A stretch of DNA of 54,084 nt, counting the filler, from Bipalium vagum (taxonomy: Eukaryota), in assembly GCA_037834085.1 (NCBI GenBank). It is 3 parts of 3 records of this genome, joined end to end, with 100 filler letters (N's around TTAATTAATTAA, not from the genome) between each part and the next. Parts side by side here need not be neighbours in the genome. Positions count along the whole stretch, not along the records: positions 1 to 19,192 come from JBBMKC010007942.1; positions 19,293 to 38,028 come from JBBMKC010020764.1; 1 more part is not named here. One strand, given 5' to 3'. Below are positions 13,856-27,960 of the stretch, in pieces. The notes below the pieces were generated by a model that saw nothing but the letters and a program-made list of their open reading frames with translations, was not told where the DNA came from and searched no databases. The position numbers and the translations under genes are program-made. The first letter of the stretch is position 1, and the number at the start of each line of letters is the position of its first letter.

Positions 13856-15407
13856 TACAAAAAATATCTATTAATAGATACTATATAAAATATGCACTTC
13901 GATATATTAAAACAAAAAATTAATTAATTAAAATTTATATTTGTAATATTTATAATTCCCAAGGTTTATTTGAATCAATGCATATTCAAGTGCTATGCTA
14001 CAAACGAGCAGACACATCTTTTAATATTTCTCATTTGCCTGTTAAAAATATTTCTTAGTGAAATTGCTTCAAAAACAAATTCAATATTTTTGTATTAATA
14101 TAAATAAATAAATTATTTTTTTATTTATGTTAATAAAATAAAAGCTTTTTGAAAGAAAAAATGTTATTAGTAATTTTAGGAAATCTTTCTGATGATTGAA
14201 ATAAAAATCAATAAAATTAACATACTGATAAAGGGAAAATGGAAAGTGAGAATATTTTTTCTTGTATATTTAACATTTTAATTATTTATTTTACTCATAA
14301 TGATTGTAAATAATTTAAATTTTAATAAAAAAATTGTGAAGATATTGATTTTCTCATTGTAAATATCAATTCGGTAAATTATAAATTACAGTCCATCAGA
14401 AATATTTATGTTAAGAAAATTTTTGGCTTTGAGAAAGGTGAAAATTCAAAATTAAGTTAAGAAGTTAAGTTAACACAGAAAAATTAATTTAATTTAGAAA
14501 AGGTCAAAGCCGACTTAAAGGTTTGTTTAACTCCAATGAAAAAGACTAATATCGACACAAACATACAAACAAATGAGCTCAACACTTTGATTCAAATAAT
14601 CTTTACTATGCGATTTAAGATTCTTTTCTTGTTTAATTTAATGTTTAAGTTATTGAAAAATGAAGACATTTGGTTCATCTTAATAATATTATGCGAAACT
14701 TTGTTACAATCAAATAAAAAGTTTGCAGAGTTTAATGAAGTAGTCAATAGAATAAGATACTTATGAAGAAAGTCAGAATTTTTATAACTATTTTATCTTA
14801 TGGCTTCAATAAAGTTTTTTAATTAATTTATCTTTTTCCACTGGGAAAAGTTATTTTTCAACAATTTTTACATTTTTTTGAAGGACAGGCTTGTATGATC
14901 ATTCGTGATAACTTGTCAATCAGCTATTATTAATTTTGGTCAAAACCTACCGTGTAGAAAACAAACACCGGTCTAACAGTCTTTCAATAATAACACTTAG
15001 GCGTCGATCAATTTCTTCATATAAAAAGCTATTTCATCTTTTCATTATTTTCTGATCTGTCTACCAATACGTTTTACATTGAAATATCCTGATAAATACC
15101 ATATGGGAGAAATGTATGTGATTGGTTTGATATGCTTTTACTTTAATCATAAAATAAATTATTTAAAAACTTCCACAGAAATAATTAAATATTGTTATAT
15201 AAACAAGTTAATAAATATAATGAATAATTTACTAAATTAAAAATATTTTTGTACACTTAATTACTATTTTAATTCATATATTATTATTATTTATTAAGCG
15301 GTTTAATTTAATAAAATATTACAAAATTGGTAAATTGTTCTAAAATTAAAATTATTATTTATTATTATTTTGAGCTCCTAATTCACTTGTTTATATTATT
15401 TTAAGAC

Positions 15408-15420
15408 AATAATAATAATA

Positions 15421-15468
<48 letters not shown>
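15408..15468. repeat. (AAT)n microsatellite
   Basis: About 20 AAT units with one AGT variant. Confidence 0.95.
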
Positions 15469-15471
<3 letters not shown>

Positions 15472-16579
15472 TTTACATATATATTGTCTATTAAATATCA
15501 ATAAACCGATTTAAAATTATTAAAATAAAGTTTATAAAATTTGAGATTTAGAAAATAATTATTTTTATTTTTTCCCAAATATAAAATAATAAAATTATTA
15601 AATAAAATTTTTCAAAATTATATATATATAATATATATATTAATTAAAAACATGAAATTAGAAAAAATTCTGGAATCATCTATTTTTAAAAAAAAAATTT
15701 TTTTATTTAAAGACACGAAAAAATAAATCAATAAGTTTATTCAAAAATTATTATTAAAAATTTCCTAAATATTAACATTGGATAATTTTTATTAAATTTG
15801 AAAATATTTACTATTATTTTACATATCAAATCTATATTGACAATTAGAAAATTTTTTTATGGATTTAGTATAAACCTTTATTTTCTCTAAAAATTTAATA
15901 AAATTCAAAGAGATAAAAAATTTTTAGATAAACCAATATTTTATCGGTTAAGCCACATTTTAATAAATAATTGAATACCAATAAATTTATTATTATGAAA
16001 AATTGTTTTGTGAAGGTCAAGCAAAAATACACTTTAATTAATCTAGAAAATTAAAAAAATCATTTAAAACTTCCCCATATAAGAAGTGCTATATTACTTA
16101 ACAACATAATAATAGTAATACCCATTATAAGAAAATTAATAATAAATTACTCTTTCTATTAGTGCCATTACCTTAAAAGGAAATCAAGATAAGTCAAACA
16201 ATAGGTCTCAAGTTACAGGTTGTTGGTAAAATGTCTCAACAACTTATTATTTTGGAAATATTTAAAAGGAAATTTCTTAACGTAAAATAACTAACAAACT
16301 GTTCAGGCAAAACTCTTCGTTATATTTTGTAATATTTTTTGCTAATTTCCTGTTTCGGGCTTGTTTCTTCAGCTAAACAAACTTCAAACAAATTTATTTA
16401 AACAAGAATTACACAATGAAGAAATAAGTTATATCAGCTTTTATGTTTTAACACGTCATTAATATTGAAGAAAAACGTAAATAATAAAGAATTAATTTTT
16501 TTTGCAATGCTCATGAATTATTCTTCAACCCAGTACTATATATTAAATTAAGACTAAATATCAATGGACATTGATAATA

Positions 16580-17510
16580 AGTAGGGTGCTAGGAAATTTG
16601 TGAAATCCAGTACCTGAAAAAGACAAACTGAAACAGAAATGAAATTATTTTCCAGAATAATCGCCTTTAAAGTCAACAATCTTTTACATACGATCGAACC
16701 AATGTTGAAAATTTTTTCAGTTCTGAAGTTGGCACTTTAGATACAAATAAGCTGAATTTTATAATAGCTGCTTTAGACTAAGAGAAACGTTCATTATGTA
16801 ATTTTTTTTTGATGGTTGGGAACAAGGTGATAAGTTAAATGAGTCATTTTAATGAGTGAATCGATGGTTTTAAGGCATGAGAGCTGTCATGAAGAATAAT
16901 TTATCGAATTCGACTTTTCTCTCTAATTTTTGAAATCACATGTGGTAAGAAAACTGTTGCATATCATTCAACATTGACGGTTTTTGATTCTCTAAAGTAT
17001 TTCTAAACCAAAGAAATAGGCAATCATTTTCTTTGCAGCATTGTTGACAGAACAAGATTTGTTGGTTTGGATTTTTAGTTTAAATATCCAAACAGTGATT
17101 TGTTGTTTACCTTCAGTTCGTACGAACACGAATTGCTTTTCAGAACATGTCAAATAGTGTGGGATGTAAAGAGTGAAAAAACTTCCGTGCCTTCGGATAG
17201 TCGTGCAAAATGGTTTTTAAACCTATTGTCAACGGATACCTCAATTTCATGGTATGTGATATTCAATCTCTTTCAATCATTTTGCGCATATCATAAATAT
17301 TGATGGCTGAAACGGACGACCATAACAAAAGTCGTCTTCCAAACAGGTGCGTCAGAGCTGAAATTCTGTGAATCATTTGCAAACCCATCTCTTTGATGGC
17401 TCTTTATACCAAAAGGCTAAATGAAATTGATCTAGACATGGATTCGATATAATGCCACATTTAAAATAATAATTTTCACATGAAAAATCTTACATATTAT
17501 TTAAACTCCT
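16580..17510 (-). mobile_element. Decayed mariner transposon
   Basis: Minus frames give YIPHYLT (WVPH-like) and a C-terminal FQHWFDRM*KIVDFKGDY. Heavily frameshifted. Confidence 0.7.
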
Positions 17511-17599
17511 ATTTCAAATGTTCATCAATTTAAAACTAACTTGTTAATTTAGATTAACTAGTTAGCCATTAAAATGTTCAATTACTGATATTTATAGTT

Positions 17600-18010
17600 G
17601 TCTCCCGGTCAACGTCCAAATCTCACACCAAAATCAGGTCTGCACCCAGGTGGAGTTTAGTGCATTAAGAATTGTTGGATATGAATGAAACGATTACTGG
17701 ACAGGTCAATTGTCAAAAATTAGATGGATTGCTAGCAACTTTATATAAAAAGAGACCTGCTCTGAGCAACTGAATCTTTATTTCCGGGAATCCCTCCATT
17801 CCTAAATGTTGGGAATGGTCAGAAAATGACCTCGACTGATGCATAATTTCTAAAATCTTACGCATTAATAATCTTATGCATTTTCCCGAAAGATTACATT
17901 TATTTTTAACTTAACAAAATTCCTCAAACGGTAAAATATTAATTAAAATTCCAAACAAAATTTAACAAAGTTCTACTTCGAAATGAAAAGAAAAAATTTC
18001 TTTCAAACAA
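17600..18010 (+). mobile_element. Mariner fragment
   Basis: TPKSGLHP and CQKLDGLLATLYKKRPAL, plus a degenerate ...LFL..QNSSNGK. Confidence 0.6.
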
Positions 18011-19120
18011 ATACAATTTCTGTTATTCTGTAAGTCATCAAAAATTCTAATATTCAGTAATTAAGTTACATTTTTGGACGGAAAATTGGGATTTAATTTT
18101 GAAAAATTTTCATTCAAATCTTTTTTCCACTGATGCACATTGGACTAATGTTTAGAGATTGATATTACGGGTGATTTGTGGGCAGCGAGTAATTCAAAGA
18201 AAAATCCCACTTATCAAATTGTCATTTTGAGAATATTTTATCTCGTCTCTTTAGTTCTCTTTAGTAGATATTTGGCTAACAACTTTCCAAAGATTCGAAA
18301 ATCCCTCTTTTTACTGATCCACTTCGTTAAAGGTTAGTCACGTTTGTCAATAAAGACCTTAAGGAAATGTGCAACGAAGTTGACACGCTTAGAAAAAGTC
18401 TGCCTACTAAAATTCCAAAACACTTTGTCGATCACAGAGGCATGTCCAAATGTACTGCAATATATTTTTAATAATATTATTTCTGGAACCATTTTTGCAA
18501 CACAATCTGTTCTACAGCAGATTTCCACAATATTTATTGACCTCAACGTACCTCAAGAAAAAAGACAAGTGGGGATTTAGATTAAAAATTATCATATTAA
18601 TATTTTTTCAATAATCGAATTAAAAAAAAATAAATAAGAAAAATCAGGAAATCGCAATTAAATTTTTATTTCATAATTATTAATAATATAATCGAATTAC
18701 GCAAATAAATATTGAAAAAAAATATTTGAAACTGTGTATTTAATAAATTCAATATTTGTAGAGGTCAATTAATTTTTCATCGTGTCTAGACTTATAATTT
18801 TCATATTTTATAATAGTAATAATTAAAGCATTAAAATAATTATTTTAACTATGAATAAAATTGTTTTGAATTTATTCATAAATAAATTCGGAATTTTCCA
18901 TAAATTGATCAGAAAATAAAATATTTTTCCGTTAAAATAAATAAATCATTTTTAATATTGATTTTCTCTGTTCTATTTGAAAGACATTTATTTAACAATA
19001 GTTTTTAAAATGATAGTTATTATTAACTTTTAGTATAATATTTTTATTTATTTTCTTTTTCGAAACGCGATTTATGACTTATAAAATATTTATTATTAAA
19101 GTTTTGGTAACGATGATACA

Positions 19121-19192
<72 letters not shown>

Positions 19193-19292
19193 NNNNNNNN
19201 NNNNNNNNNNNNNNNNNNNNNNNNNNNNNNNNNNNNTTAATTAATTAANNNNNNNNNNNNNNNNNNNNNNNNNNNNNNNNNNNNNNNNNNNN

Positions 19293-19364
<72 letters not shown>
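19121..19364. repeat. (ATT)n and (AAT)n microsatellites flanking an assembly linker
   Basis: (ATT)n at 19121-19192 and (AAT)n at 19293-19364. Confidence 0.95.
19193..19292. other. Artificial contig linker / gap
   Basis: 44 N + TTAATTAATTAA (stop codons in all six frames) + 44 N. Identical structure at 38029-38128. Confidence 0.97.
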
Positions 19365-19365
<1 letters not shown>

Positions 19366-19458
19366 GATATTAGTAATTGAAAAATAGATTTTTAATATTA
19401 ATTTTATAATAATATAAAAAATTATTACCGAAAATTATTTAATTTCGCGACGAGATTA

Positions 19459-20300
19459 TGTCAGGCCGGAGAATAATTAATGGTATCTTAGTGTTTTGGG
19501 GCAATAGGTTCATCTTGTATTGAGGTTAACCGTTGCTGGTTAATCTATATTAGATGAAGTCCTGGACGAACTGATGTAGGCGGAAAAATTATTATATTGA
19601 GTAATTTTTAATTGACTAGAAGAAAACGCATTTATTGTTTAACGAAGATGTTACCGGTTGAAGAAGAAAAAATGTTTTTTACGTCAGAAGAATTCAAGGA
19701 TTTTGTCAAATACTTAATTTTAGTACGAGACAGGACTATACAGTGGGTCCTGTCCAGCTAAGGAATCGTTAGGTGACCGTAAGAGACCTATCAAATTACC
19801 AGGGGATCTATTGTTCACCAACAGTGAGATCGGTTTGGTTGCTGATTCATATTTCTTCTTATTTTAACATAGGTATTGTTTTTCCAAAGGATTTAAAAGT
19901 TTATTTAGCATTATTTCTTTAAATGGTTGAAAAGTTAATTGGTTGTTATCATTAAAATCATTTTGTTACTTTACAATCATTTAAATTCATTTTAAATATT
20001 ATTTATCGATATGTTCACCTATGTAAAAATTTATTTGTTTCTAATATTAAAATCATTTTATTTCAGCTGTCTAAGTGTTTGTTTTGTGTAATACTATTAT
20101 CTGTTTTATTACAGTGATTAAGCTGAAGACATTGTTCATTTTGCGTAATTGATTCCATTATTCCATGATTAACAGTGATTGTAATTATTGAAAAATAAAT
20201 GTGTATTGTGACTATTTTGATTCATTCATTTATATAAAGGTCGGTGTAGTTATTTTGATTGCTATAGGAAATGTTATTTTGATTCAGAAAAACAAGAACA
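19459..20300 (+). mobile_element. Possible solo LTR (BEL/Pao-like)
   Basis: Sharp start at TGT and candidate end at ACA. GC-richer 5' half, T-rich 3' half, AATAAA near 20194, no ORF. No clean target-site duplication. Confidence 0.35.
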
Positions 20301-21106
20301 CTTTAGTAACTAAGTTCTCAGCAGATATTGTGTACCTGATGTTAGTTGTATAACAACTTAACAAATAATAGTTGCAAAAATGTATTATATTCCAGATTTA
20401 ACGTTACCTTTTTTGTCTTAGAAATTTATTATTTTACTTATTTATTTATTTTATTTATTTAAAAATTATGTTATAGTTATATGTGATACAGAAAACTGTG
20501 TAAAAGCATTTTAATAAGTCGAATGAAACCATTAGTGATGTAAATGTAAATGCAAGTGATAATGGATAAAATCCTCAGGTTACACATCTCATTATAAAAA
20601 AGAAATAGGATAGTTATATAAATAAAGCATCCTTCTAATTGTTCGGTCCTATGGATTGAAGTACCAATTATTTTGACAAAGAGAAATGTTAGATATCATT
20701 ATACAAATAAATAACTGTTTTAAATCTTATCAAACTATCATTGAATATATTCAACAAATATTTTTTATCTTTATTTGTTTATATTTTCATTAATATGTGT
20801 ATACAGAAATATATACATACATTAATGTACTTCGAAACAGTCTCATAATTATAATATCAGACTTCATCATTTACCAGTAATTACAAAAATTAAAATAAAT
20901 CGATTTTAGTAAAATATTTATCATCTCAATAATAATAATAATATATTATTATTATTTTAATATTATTATTATTATTGTTATTACAAAGAATTCATGAAAG
21001 TATTTTGATAAAATAATAATAAGTAAAAGAATAATATTATTTTTTCAAAGGGGTTCTATTATTTCGAAAAGGTAGTTTTTCTGATCTCAAGCCTAAAAAA
21101 GTTATA

Positions 21107-22306
21107 CTAGGATGGGTTGAAAAGTACGATGAATAAATATGAAAACAATAAAGTCAAAAGATAAAAATAATTAATTTTTCTATGTAGTCTCTTACAAGCT
21201 GAATAGACTTACCAATTAATAGTCTCTTTAAATCTTTTGTCATTGTTGTAACCCAAATTTTCGAGGTGTGCAAAATAGCCAACCACTATTTGGCGAAAAT
21301 CTTTATCCAACGAGAAATTTTTTCAGGTCTCTAAACAGAAAAAAAATCTGACAGAGCCAGACCTAGAGAAAAGGGTGGGTATGGAACTAATTCAAATTGC
21401 AGCTTTTTAATTTTTTCCATTAAAGCTTTAGATTTGTGAGCAGGTGAATTATCATGGTGGAAACAATGTTTTCCTCGACAGACCTGGACATTTCTCACGA
21501 ATATGCTGGAACAGTTTATCAAGTAGGTTTGCATAATAACCCAGTTATCGTTTTATCTTGTCCAAAAAAAGGTATCCAGAATTTTTCCTGCCGAGGCAAT
21601 CATTTTTGCCTACTTGGGAACTGGTTTACCCTTTGCTGTGCATTGCATTGATTGAATTTTTTTTCATCGTATAATGATGCAGCCAGGTTTCGTCCACAAT
21701 GATAAATCGATTGAAGAAATCCGAAGTTGCCATAAGATGCTATTTTTGCTGTGATTTATCAGGCACGGTACCAATCTTTCACACAGCCTTCTCATACAAA
21801 ATTCTTCATGCAAGATGTGGTAGACATATTCTTTTGAGATGCATGTAACTTCAGCAAACTGAATCAATTTTAACATACGGTCTCTCAACACGATTTCTTG
21901 GATATTTTTAATCATTTCCTCGGAGGTTGTTGTTTTTTGGTCTACCAGATTGTGGTACATCTTAATGTTCACTCCACCCCAATTAAATTCGGAAAACCAC
22001 TTGTAAACAGTTTTTAATTTGAGTGAATATTCATTTAATGTTGCATCAAGGTTGCTATTGATTGCCATCGAACTTGATCCTTTAATATTCATATATTTAA
22101 TTACTGCTCGTATTTCTTCTTTCCATTTTTCTAAAAATTTTTAAATATGACACTTAAAATTCAAATTTATTACTTAAACAACACTCCCTATTTTAATGTG
22201 ATTTTGGATTTTGATTACTGAATATTAGTTTTAGAAAATTTTTATACAAAGGTTTAAATTTGGCACGCCGTATTAATTATTCACCGAACTTTTCAACTTA
22301 CCCTCG
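21107..22306 (-). mobile_element. Full-length (1.2 kb) decayed mariner, irritans-like
   Basis: Paired TIRs ctaggatgggttgaaaagtacgatgaataa and cgagggtaagttgaaaagttcggtgaataa (reverse complement), both flanked by TA. Protein motifs IRAVIKY, TVYKWFSEF, FHHDNSPAHKS and PYPPFSLGLALSDFF. Confidence 0.9.
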
Positions 22307-22499
22307 TATTTTATCTGAGTAACTTCGACCCCTCTTTTCTGTAGTTAAGATGCCTTTAAATTCAGTGAAGAATAATAACAATAATAAATATTTAGTTCTA
22401 GTAATAAATAATTAAAATTTTTAATCGAACTTTAAAATTTAGTTTAAAAACATAAAATTTTCAGTCAAGTTATTCACCATTGTCATTGATTACTTACAG

Positions 22500-23172
22500 A
22501 CAGTTGATGAATTCTCTCTCGAAAAAATTGAATGATTTTCAGAAAAGTTGTTGCCTAAAATTTACTCCGCGTAATTGTTACATAACAACAACGAATCATT
22601 TCTTCATCACATTGTGACCTTCCATGCTTTGCATACGACAACAGGTTTTGGTCATTACAGTGCCTGGTCATTAGCGAAACTTAACATTAGTTCACAAAAC
22701 CGAGATTAAATTAAAAGACTATTGTGTTGGTTTTGTTGTCCGTTGTGGGATGAGATTCCCTACATATTTTAAATAAAAGAAATTACAATCTGTGTATCCC
22801 GTATTAATCAACAGAAAATTTCAAATAATTCTTCATGACAATGCCAAGCCACTCATAAAAATACAATCCCTGTCAAATCTGAATGATTTGGGATATGAAA
22901 ATCTGCCTCATCCAGCATACTCACCAGGTTGTTCTTTTTTTATTATCTTTTCCAATTCCTGCTCGAAAAAATCTTCCACAACTACAGTGCTTCTCAAATT
23001 GTCTTTTGTAATTTTAATGATTCCAGAAGACTGGAATTCCACATCATTTGAATAATAAACTCTTCGCATTGTCAAAATATGCTACCAGTCAAGGATCTTA
23101 TTTTCCTGTCTTCTGAGATTTTAAATAATATATTTGTCGGTTAATAAACAGGATTATTTTCTTGCGAACCTG
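22500..23172 (+). mobile_element. Mariner remnant
   Basis: NESFLHHIVT, IILHDNAKP and LGYENLPHPAYSP, with a TIR-like 3' end. Confidence 0.8.
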
Positions 23173-23229
23173 ATATATTTAATGTTATTTCACAAAACAG
23201 TATAAAATCTCAATTTAATTATATCTTGT

Positions 23230-23570
23230 CTGAATCTGCAAAATCGGAATGACAAAGATTAACATAGTAACCGCATCATTGTGAAGATCAACGTTAGCCA
23301 TCATGTAGCCAAATTCATCAATTCTTTCTTGGAGCAAAATCTAATCACGCGTGTCCCACAACCACTTTACTTTCCTGACATGAATCTGGTGGATCGTTTT
23401 ATATTCCAAAATTTGAAGTATGAAATATAAATAGATCTTGGGGGAACACACAATATATAGGCTAACTAGTGGGTTGAACAAATTGAGAGACGATCTGAAG
23501 AGTATCATTCCGTGTAATGGTTAATATTTTAGGTGAACAATGTACCATTTCTGGAATAACTTTTATATAA
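23230..23570 (+). mobile_element. Mariner 3' fragment (different lineage)
   Basis: NVSHHVAKFINSFLEQNLITRVPQPLYFPDMNLVDRF (cf. PQPPYSPDL.P.DFF). Confidence 0.6.
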
Positions 23571-23899
23571 AGCTGTTTTTTAATCTCCTATATATGAATT
23601 GAAATATTTTATCTAACAGCAGCATTGTTTTTGAAGACCTATTGAGCTGTTGAGTTAATTTTTCCATAGGAATATCGTTGAACTTAACCCTAAAAAGATG
23701 TGAAGGCAGTTAGAAATAGTTTGGTTAATATTAAAATATTAACGCAATAAATTGAGTTGCATAGATTTAAAAACCATTTCAAATTGTTTACTTAACAATT
23801 TCTGGTGAAACTTTTTCCCTTTAAGGAAAACTTTTGGAAATTGTGAAAGAAATTAATTTGACTAATGTTCATATATATGATGTAAATAAATCTTGGGGT

Positions 23900-24393
23900 T
23901 TTTGAAAGAATATCAATCTAGAAAAACACATGTGAGCAGTTAAGAAACATTTGAACGGGGTTCAAAAATGCTGGTATTAAGAATACTGGTATTCCACCAT
24001 CGAGAACACTGTCATTAGATAATGAGTCTAGTCATATTACACTTATGAAACTTGAAAGCGGTGACGGTCTTACCAAAACGTGTTTTCTTCCACCAAATAC
24101 AACCGCATTGATCCAACCTATGGATCAAAACGTTATTGATTTGTTGAAAAATATCCATTTAGAAGAAGATATTTTACCATGAACCACGAAATAATGTATT
24201 GCTGACCTAATCAAATTTGTTGGTCAACATAACATTTTCAATGACTATTATTAAAAGTTTTGAAAAATAAAGTGAAAAACATGTTATAATAAATAATTTT
24301 TGTTCAAACACATTTAAGTTTTACATTTTTTACTTATCTATCGATTATTCGGGCGGTATATATTTTTCCATTCGGAGAATCGATAGTATACTG
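23900..24393 (+). mobile_element. pogo/Tigger-like transposon remnant
   Basis: LSLDNESSH...CFLPPNTTALIQPMDQNVI is the Tigger/pogo DDD signature. Ends ...tatactg+TA (CAGT-type TIR). The 5' boundary is uncertain. Confidence 0.8.
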
Positions 24394-24495
24394 TATTTCT
24401 ATTAAATATTCATTGACTTTTATTGATTTTTATTATTCAGATATTGAAATTTTTTGAAAAATTAAGTTTTATCTGACAAACCGATCCGCAATTAC

Positions 24496-24707
24496 TTGAA
24501 TGTTGCCAGACTCTCTCTGTACAGAAGAAGAAACATAAATTTACTTGAGGTATTTATTTCATTGTTTTTTCTTTTCACTGGTGAGCATGATCGAGTCCTG
24601 TGCAGTGCTTTCTGCTTAGAACTTTTCAATTGTGTTTCCTTTCTGACAATTGAATTATAATGACTGTCATAAGCATCGGGCTTCCTGCCAACCAGACCAA
24701 CTGGAAC
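24496..24707 (-). CDS. Candidate host exon(s): VPVGLVGRKPDAYDSHYNSIVRKETQLKSSKQKALHRTRSCSPVKRKNNEINTS, plus a possible 21-nt exon
   Basis: Acceptor aatatag at 24708, open frame 24545-24707, donor gtaaat. A putative 28-nt intron (24517-24544) is followed by mini-exon 24496-24516 with donor gtaatt. No recognisable domain. Confidence 0.45.
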
Positions 24708-27099
24708 CTATATTAATTTTACAAAATAAAAATCCTCAATATTATGAATAAAAAAAATGTTGAATTTTTTAATACATTTAATATTTCAAAGAAGGCCAGG
24801 CATCATTTACCAGTCTAATGATTGCAATAGCTCAACTGTTAATTATTAAAGGTAAATGTCAAATTTCCCAAGATTGGATTTTAAATTAATCCGTTCTTTT
24901 ATCATCGATTCCGTACGCATTGAAGCGGTCAAAGACGCTTTCTTCTTTCCGATCAAGACCATTTCCAATAAGTTTACTTGAAATCTTTGATTATGGATTT
25001 GACTTTGCAATTTTAATTGATAATTTATCGATATTTTTTCTTAGAAATTTTTTTGTTAATAAAAGTAACATTGGGAATTAATGAAATATTTTATAAATAA
25101 ATGATATTCAAAATAAATATTTTTTAAAGAATTTTAGTAAATTAAAATAATAATTAAAAGATTTGAAGTTTATTCAATAGGAATTATAAAGACGGATTAT
25201 TGATGAAACATGAATAAATTATATTAGAAATCAATATCAAGATCACACTCATAAATCTATTAGAGATTTAAAACTTAATTAAAAAAATATATTTAGCCAA
25301 ATTTGAATACAAAACAAAAATATGTTATTTGATTAATGATCAATTGTTTGAAATTCACAAGCGGTCTTTTAAACAATGATAAAATTGATTTATACATACA
25401 CAAAATTTAATTCGAAAAAATCACTAACATGGTGATTTCATAATTTGTAACTAATTGTGCTATTTTTAAATTTAGGGCTATTTTTTAAAATATCTAAATT
25501 CTAGATTCATTTTTTGGTGTTAATTTTTAGTACATCCCTAAAATATAAAGATGATTTTTTAGATTTTCATTTTTTTTAAGATATAAAAATTTCCAATTTC
25601 TTAATTTCCTTAACAATAGTATTAGTATAAATGTTAATTATGAAAATGGATAATATTAAAAATAAATCATGGGATCAAATGCCAGAAATGTATATAAAAT
25701 ATTGATCTTATTTATGGTTGTATATATTGGAAATAAACTCAGGGTAAGAAACGAAGAAGACTTAGGTTGATTTACAGTTTTTATTGTTGTTCAGTTTTTT
25801 TACTTTTCAGAGTTCAAAGTTGTGAAAAGTGAATTCCTGTCAAGCGTTCAGGATCAAAAGTCGGATTGATCAAACTCAAAAATTGTAACTATTGTCCATA
25901 GTCTTAATCACACATTGTACTTGAGTTCCGAGTGATATATTTAAATTAATCCTTTGATTTCTTATAAAAATACAAATTATACTATTAAATAAATAATATA
26001 TATAATAATATAAATAAATAATATATGTTTTTCAGGTTTTTTTAGTCATTTGGTCTGGTATAAATCTTCTAAAACACTTTCCTTTTAAATTTTATAAACC
26101 AGCCAATTTTTTTAAAAAAATTATATAGTAATATTGTTGTTAATAATAAATAGATAATTGAAATTAATGTTCATTAATATTAATTATTAATTGTCATTAA
26201 TTTACTAAACAATAAATCAATAATTGATCAAATTTGTAACTGTCTTTTTACTGCTTATTTATCGAAAAAAATTGAATTAATGTAAAATGAGACATGTTTT
26301 TTGGCTTCCGTTTATTTTTTCTTTTTTTACTGTGGAGGTTTGAAAATAATGTTTTTAATTATCTTATTATAAAAGTGTAAAATATCCATTTTTCAATTTC
26401 AAAATAAAATTAATAAGAAAAGATTTCTTGTTTCTTTCAATTAAAAGCTAAATACATTGGTTTATTTTTCTTTATTATTTTTTCATTTATTATATTATTA
26501 TTGTGTTTTTTAATTATTCAAAGCAGATATTGATTTTAAGGTTATTAGGGAAAATATTTTTTCCTAAATTTTAAAATTTGACGTTTTTATTAGCCTTGAG
26601 ACTTTTCAAATAATATTATAACAAAGTTTAATTATTACTGTTACTATAATACCTTATCAAGTAACTTTCACTCATAATCAATAACCTCTCACTTAACAAT
26701 GTTGTGTTCGCTTCTCTTTTACTTTTGACAGCTACTTTTGTATTGTTGACACAGCTGGTTTATGATTTGTTTCTGGAGTTTTCTATTCAAAACGTGAAAT
26801 TCAAATTAATAAATTTTCTGTTCTTTAAAAATCTAAACAAGTAATTTTAATTAAACATCAACAAATCATTAAGACCTGTAATTAGTTTTTTAAATATTAT
26901 AAAATCTTAATTAAATTAAATTTGGTTTTAATCAGTTAATTTTAAATTTTAGACAAAATGTTAATATTATAAAAAAATTTATAATCATTTTCTTTGAAAA
27001 CAGTCTACTAAAACTATTAAATCTGAACAAATAAAAATATCAAATATATTTGATCAAATTGCATGAAAAAAATTAATTTATATGGAAAATATTAGACAT

Positions 27100-27960
27100 G
27101 TCAATAGCGTGTCATTCACTGAGTCTTACATCACAATCTTTGACTCTTCTATAATAAGATTTATCTCCAATTGAGGTATGTTGTCTCATATTTGTTAAAG
27201 TTGATTTTTTTAAACTTATCCAATGTTTTAAGAGTAATTCAGTAAAGGCAGTACCTAACCATTCATTATATTCTACACACATGGTCTTGCATTTCATTGT
27301 TGAAAACTACCTGGAATTGTTTTCATTAATGGAATTAAGATGTGTCTCACCATTTCATTAATGTAACGAAGAACATTCAAGTTGCCTCTGAAAAATATGA
27401 CGTTTAACTAGAATCCAAAGCATACCATAATTACAGAAGAAAATCTTCTGTGACTTATTAACATCAAATTAACATTTTGAAATTCGACAAGCTAACATTT
27501 CATCATCAAGTATCAATCAGTTTGCATAAAGAGAATTTCGATTTATCACTAAAGACGATGAGATTACATTCGCCGCTCCAATGTTGTCATTCTTCACACT
27601 CACTATGTATAAGCGTAGAATAATACTAATTAATTTTCGACATGTAGTGCTGAAAGACACCTTTTTTCTGAGGTTCATTTTCATATTTATGTCAATTTTT
27701 AGGTCGGCATAAATCTGATTCTAACAGCTAGGAGATAAATGTTTTTATCGTCATGTTCGTTGTTACTGTAATGTTATCCACTGCCACTGAGTCAACGATG
27801 CAAGCCTACCACACATTAAGTATTACATGCTTGAAGATTAGTGGAAAGATTTCTTCCAAAACGTCTGGCGATTTTCCTGAAAATTATACGGCTTTCATAA
27901 AGTCCTATTATTCGACCTCTCAAAGTCCTATAATTGAATGAAATTTTGATTTTCTTATTT
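27100..27960 (-). mobile_element. Decayed Tc1-like (DD34E-type) transposase
   Basis: RGRIIGLYESRIIFRKIARRFGRN (paired-like HTH), VIMVCFG (MVWG-like) and FQQ*NARP (FQQDNARPH). Confidence 0.7.

Noticed and set aside
18060-18580. Possible further transposase relic; similar weak signals at 30430-30640, 34440-34790 and 43400-43720
   Set aside because: Too degenerate to support a call from motifs alone.
19237-19248. Palindrome TTAATTAATTAA inside N runs (also 38073-38084)
   Set aside because: Synthetic six-frame-stop spacer, not biological.
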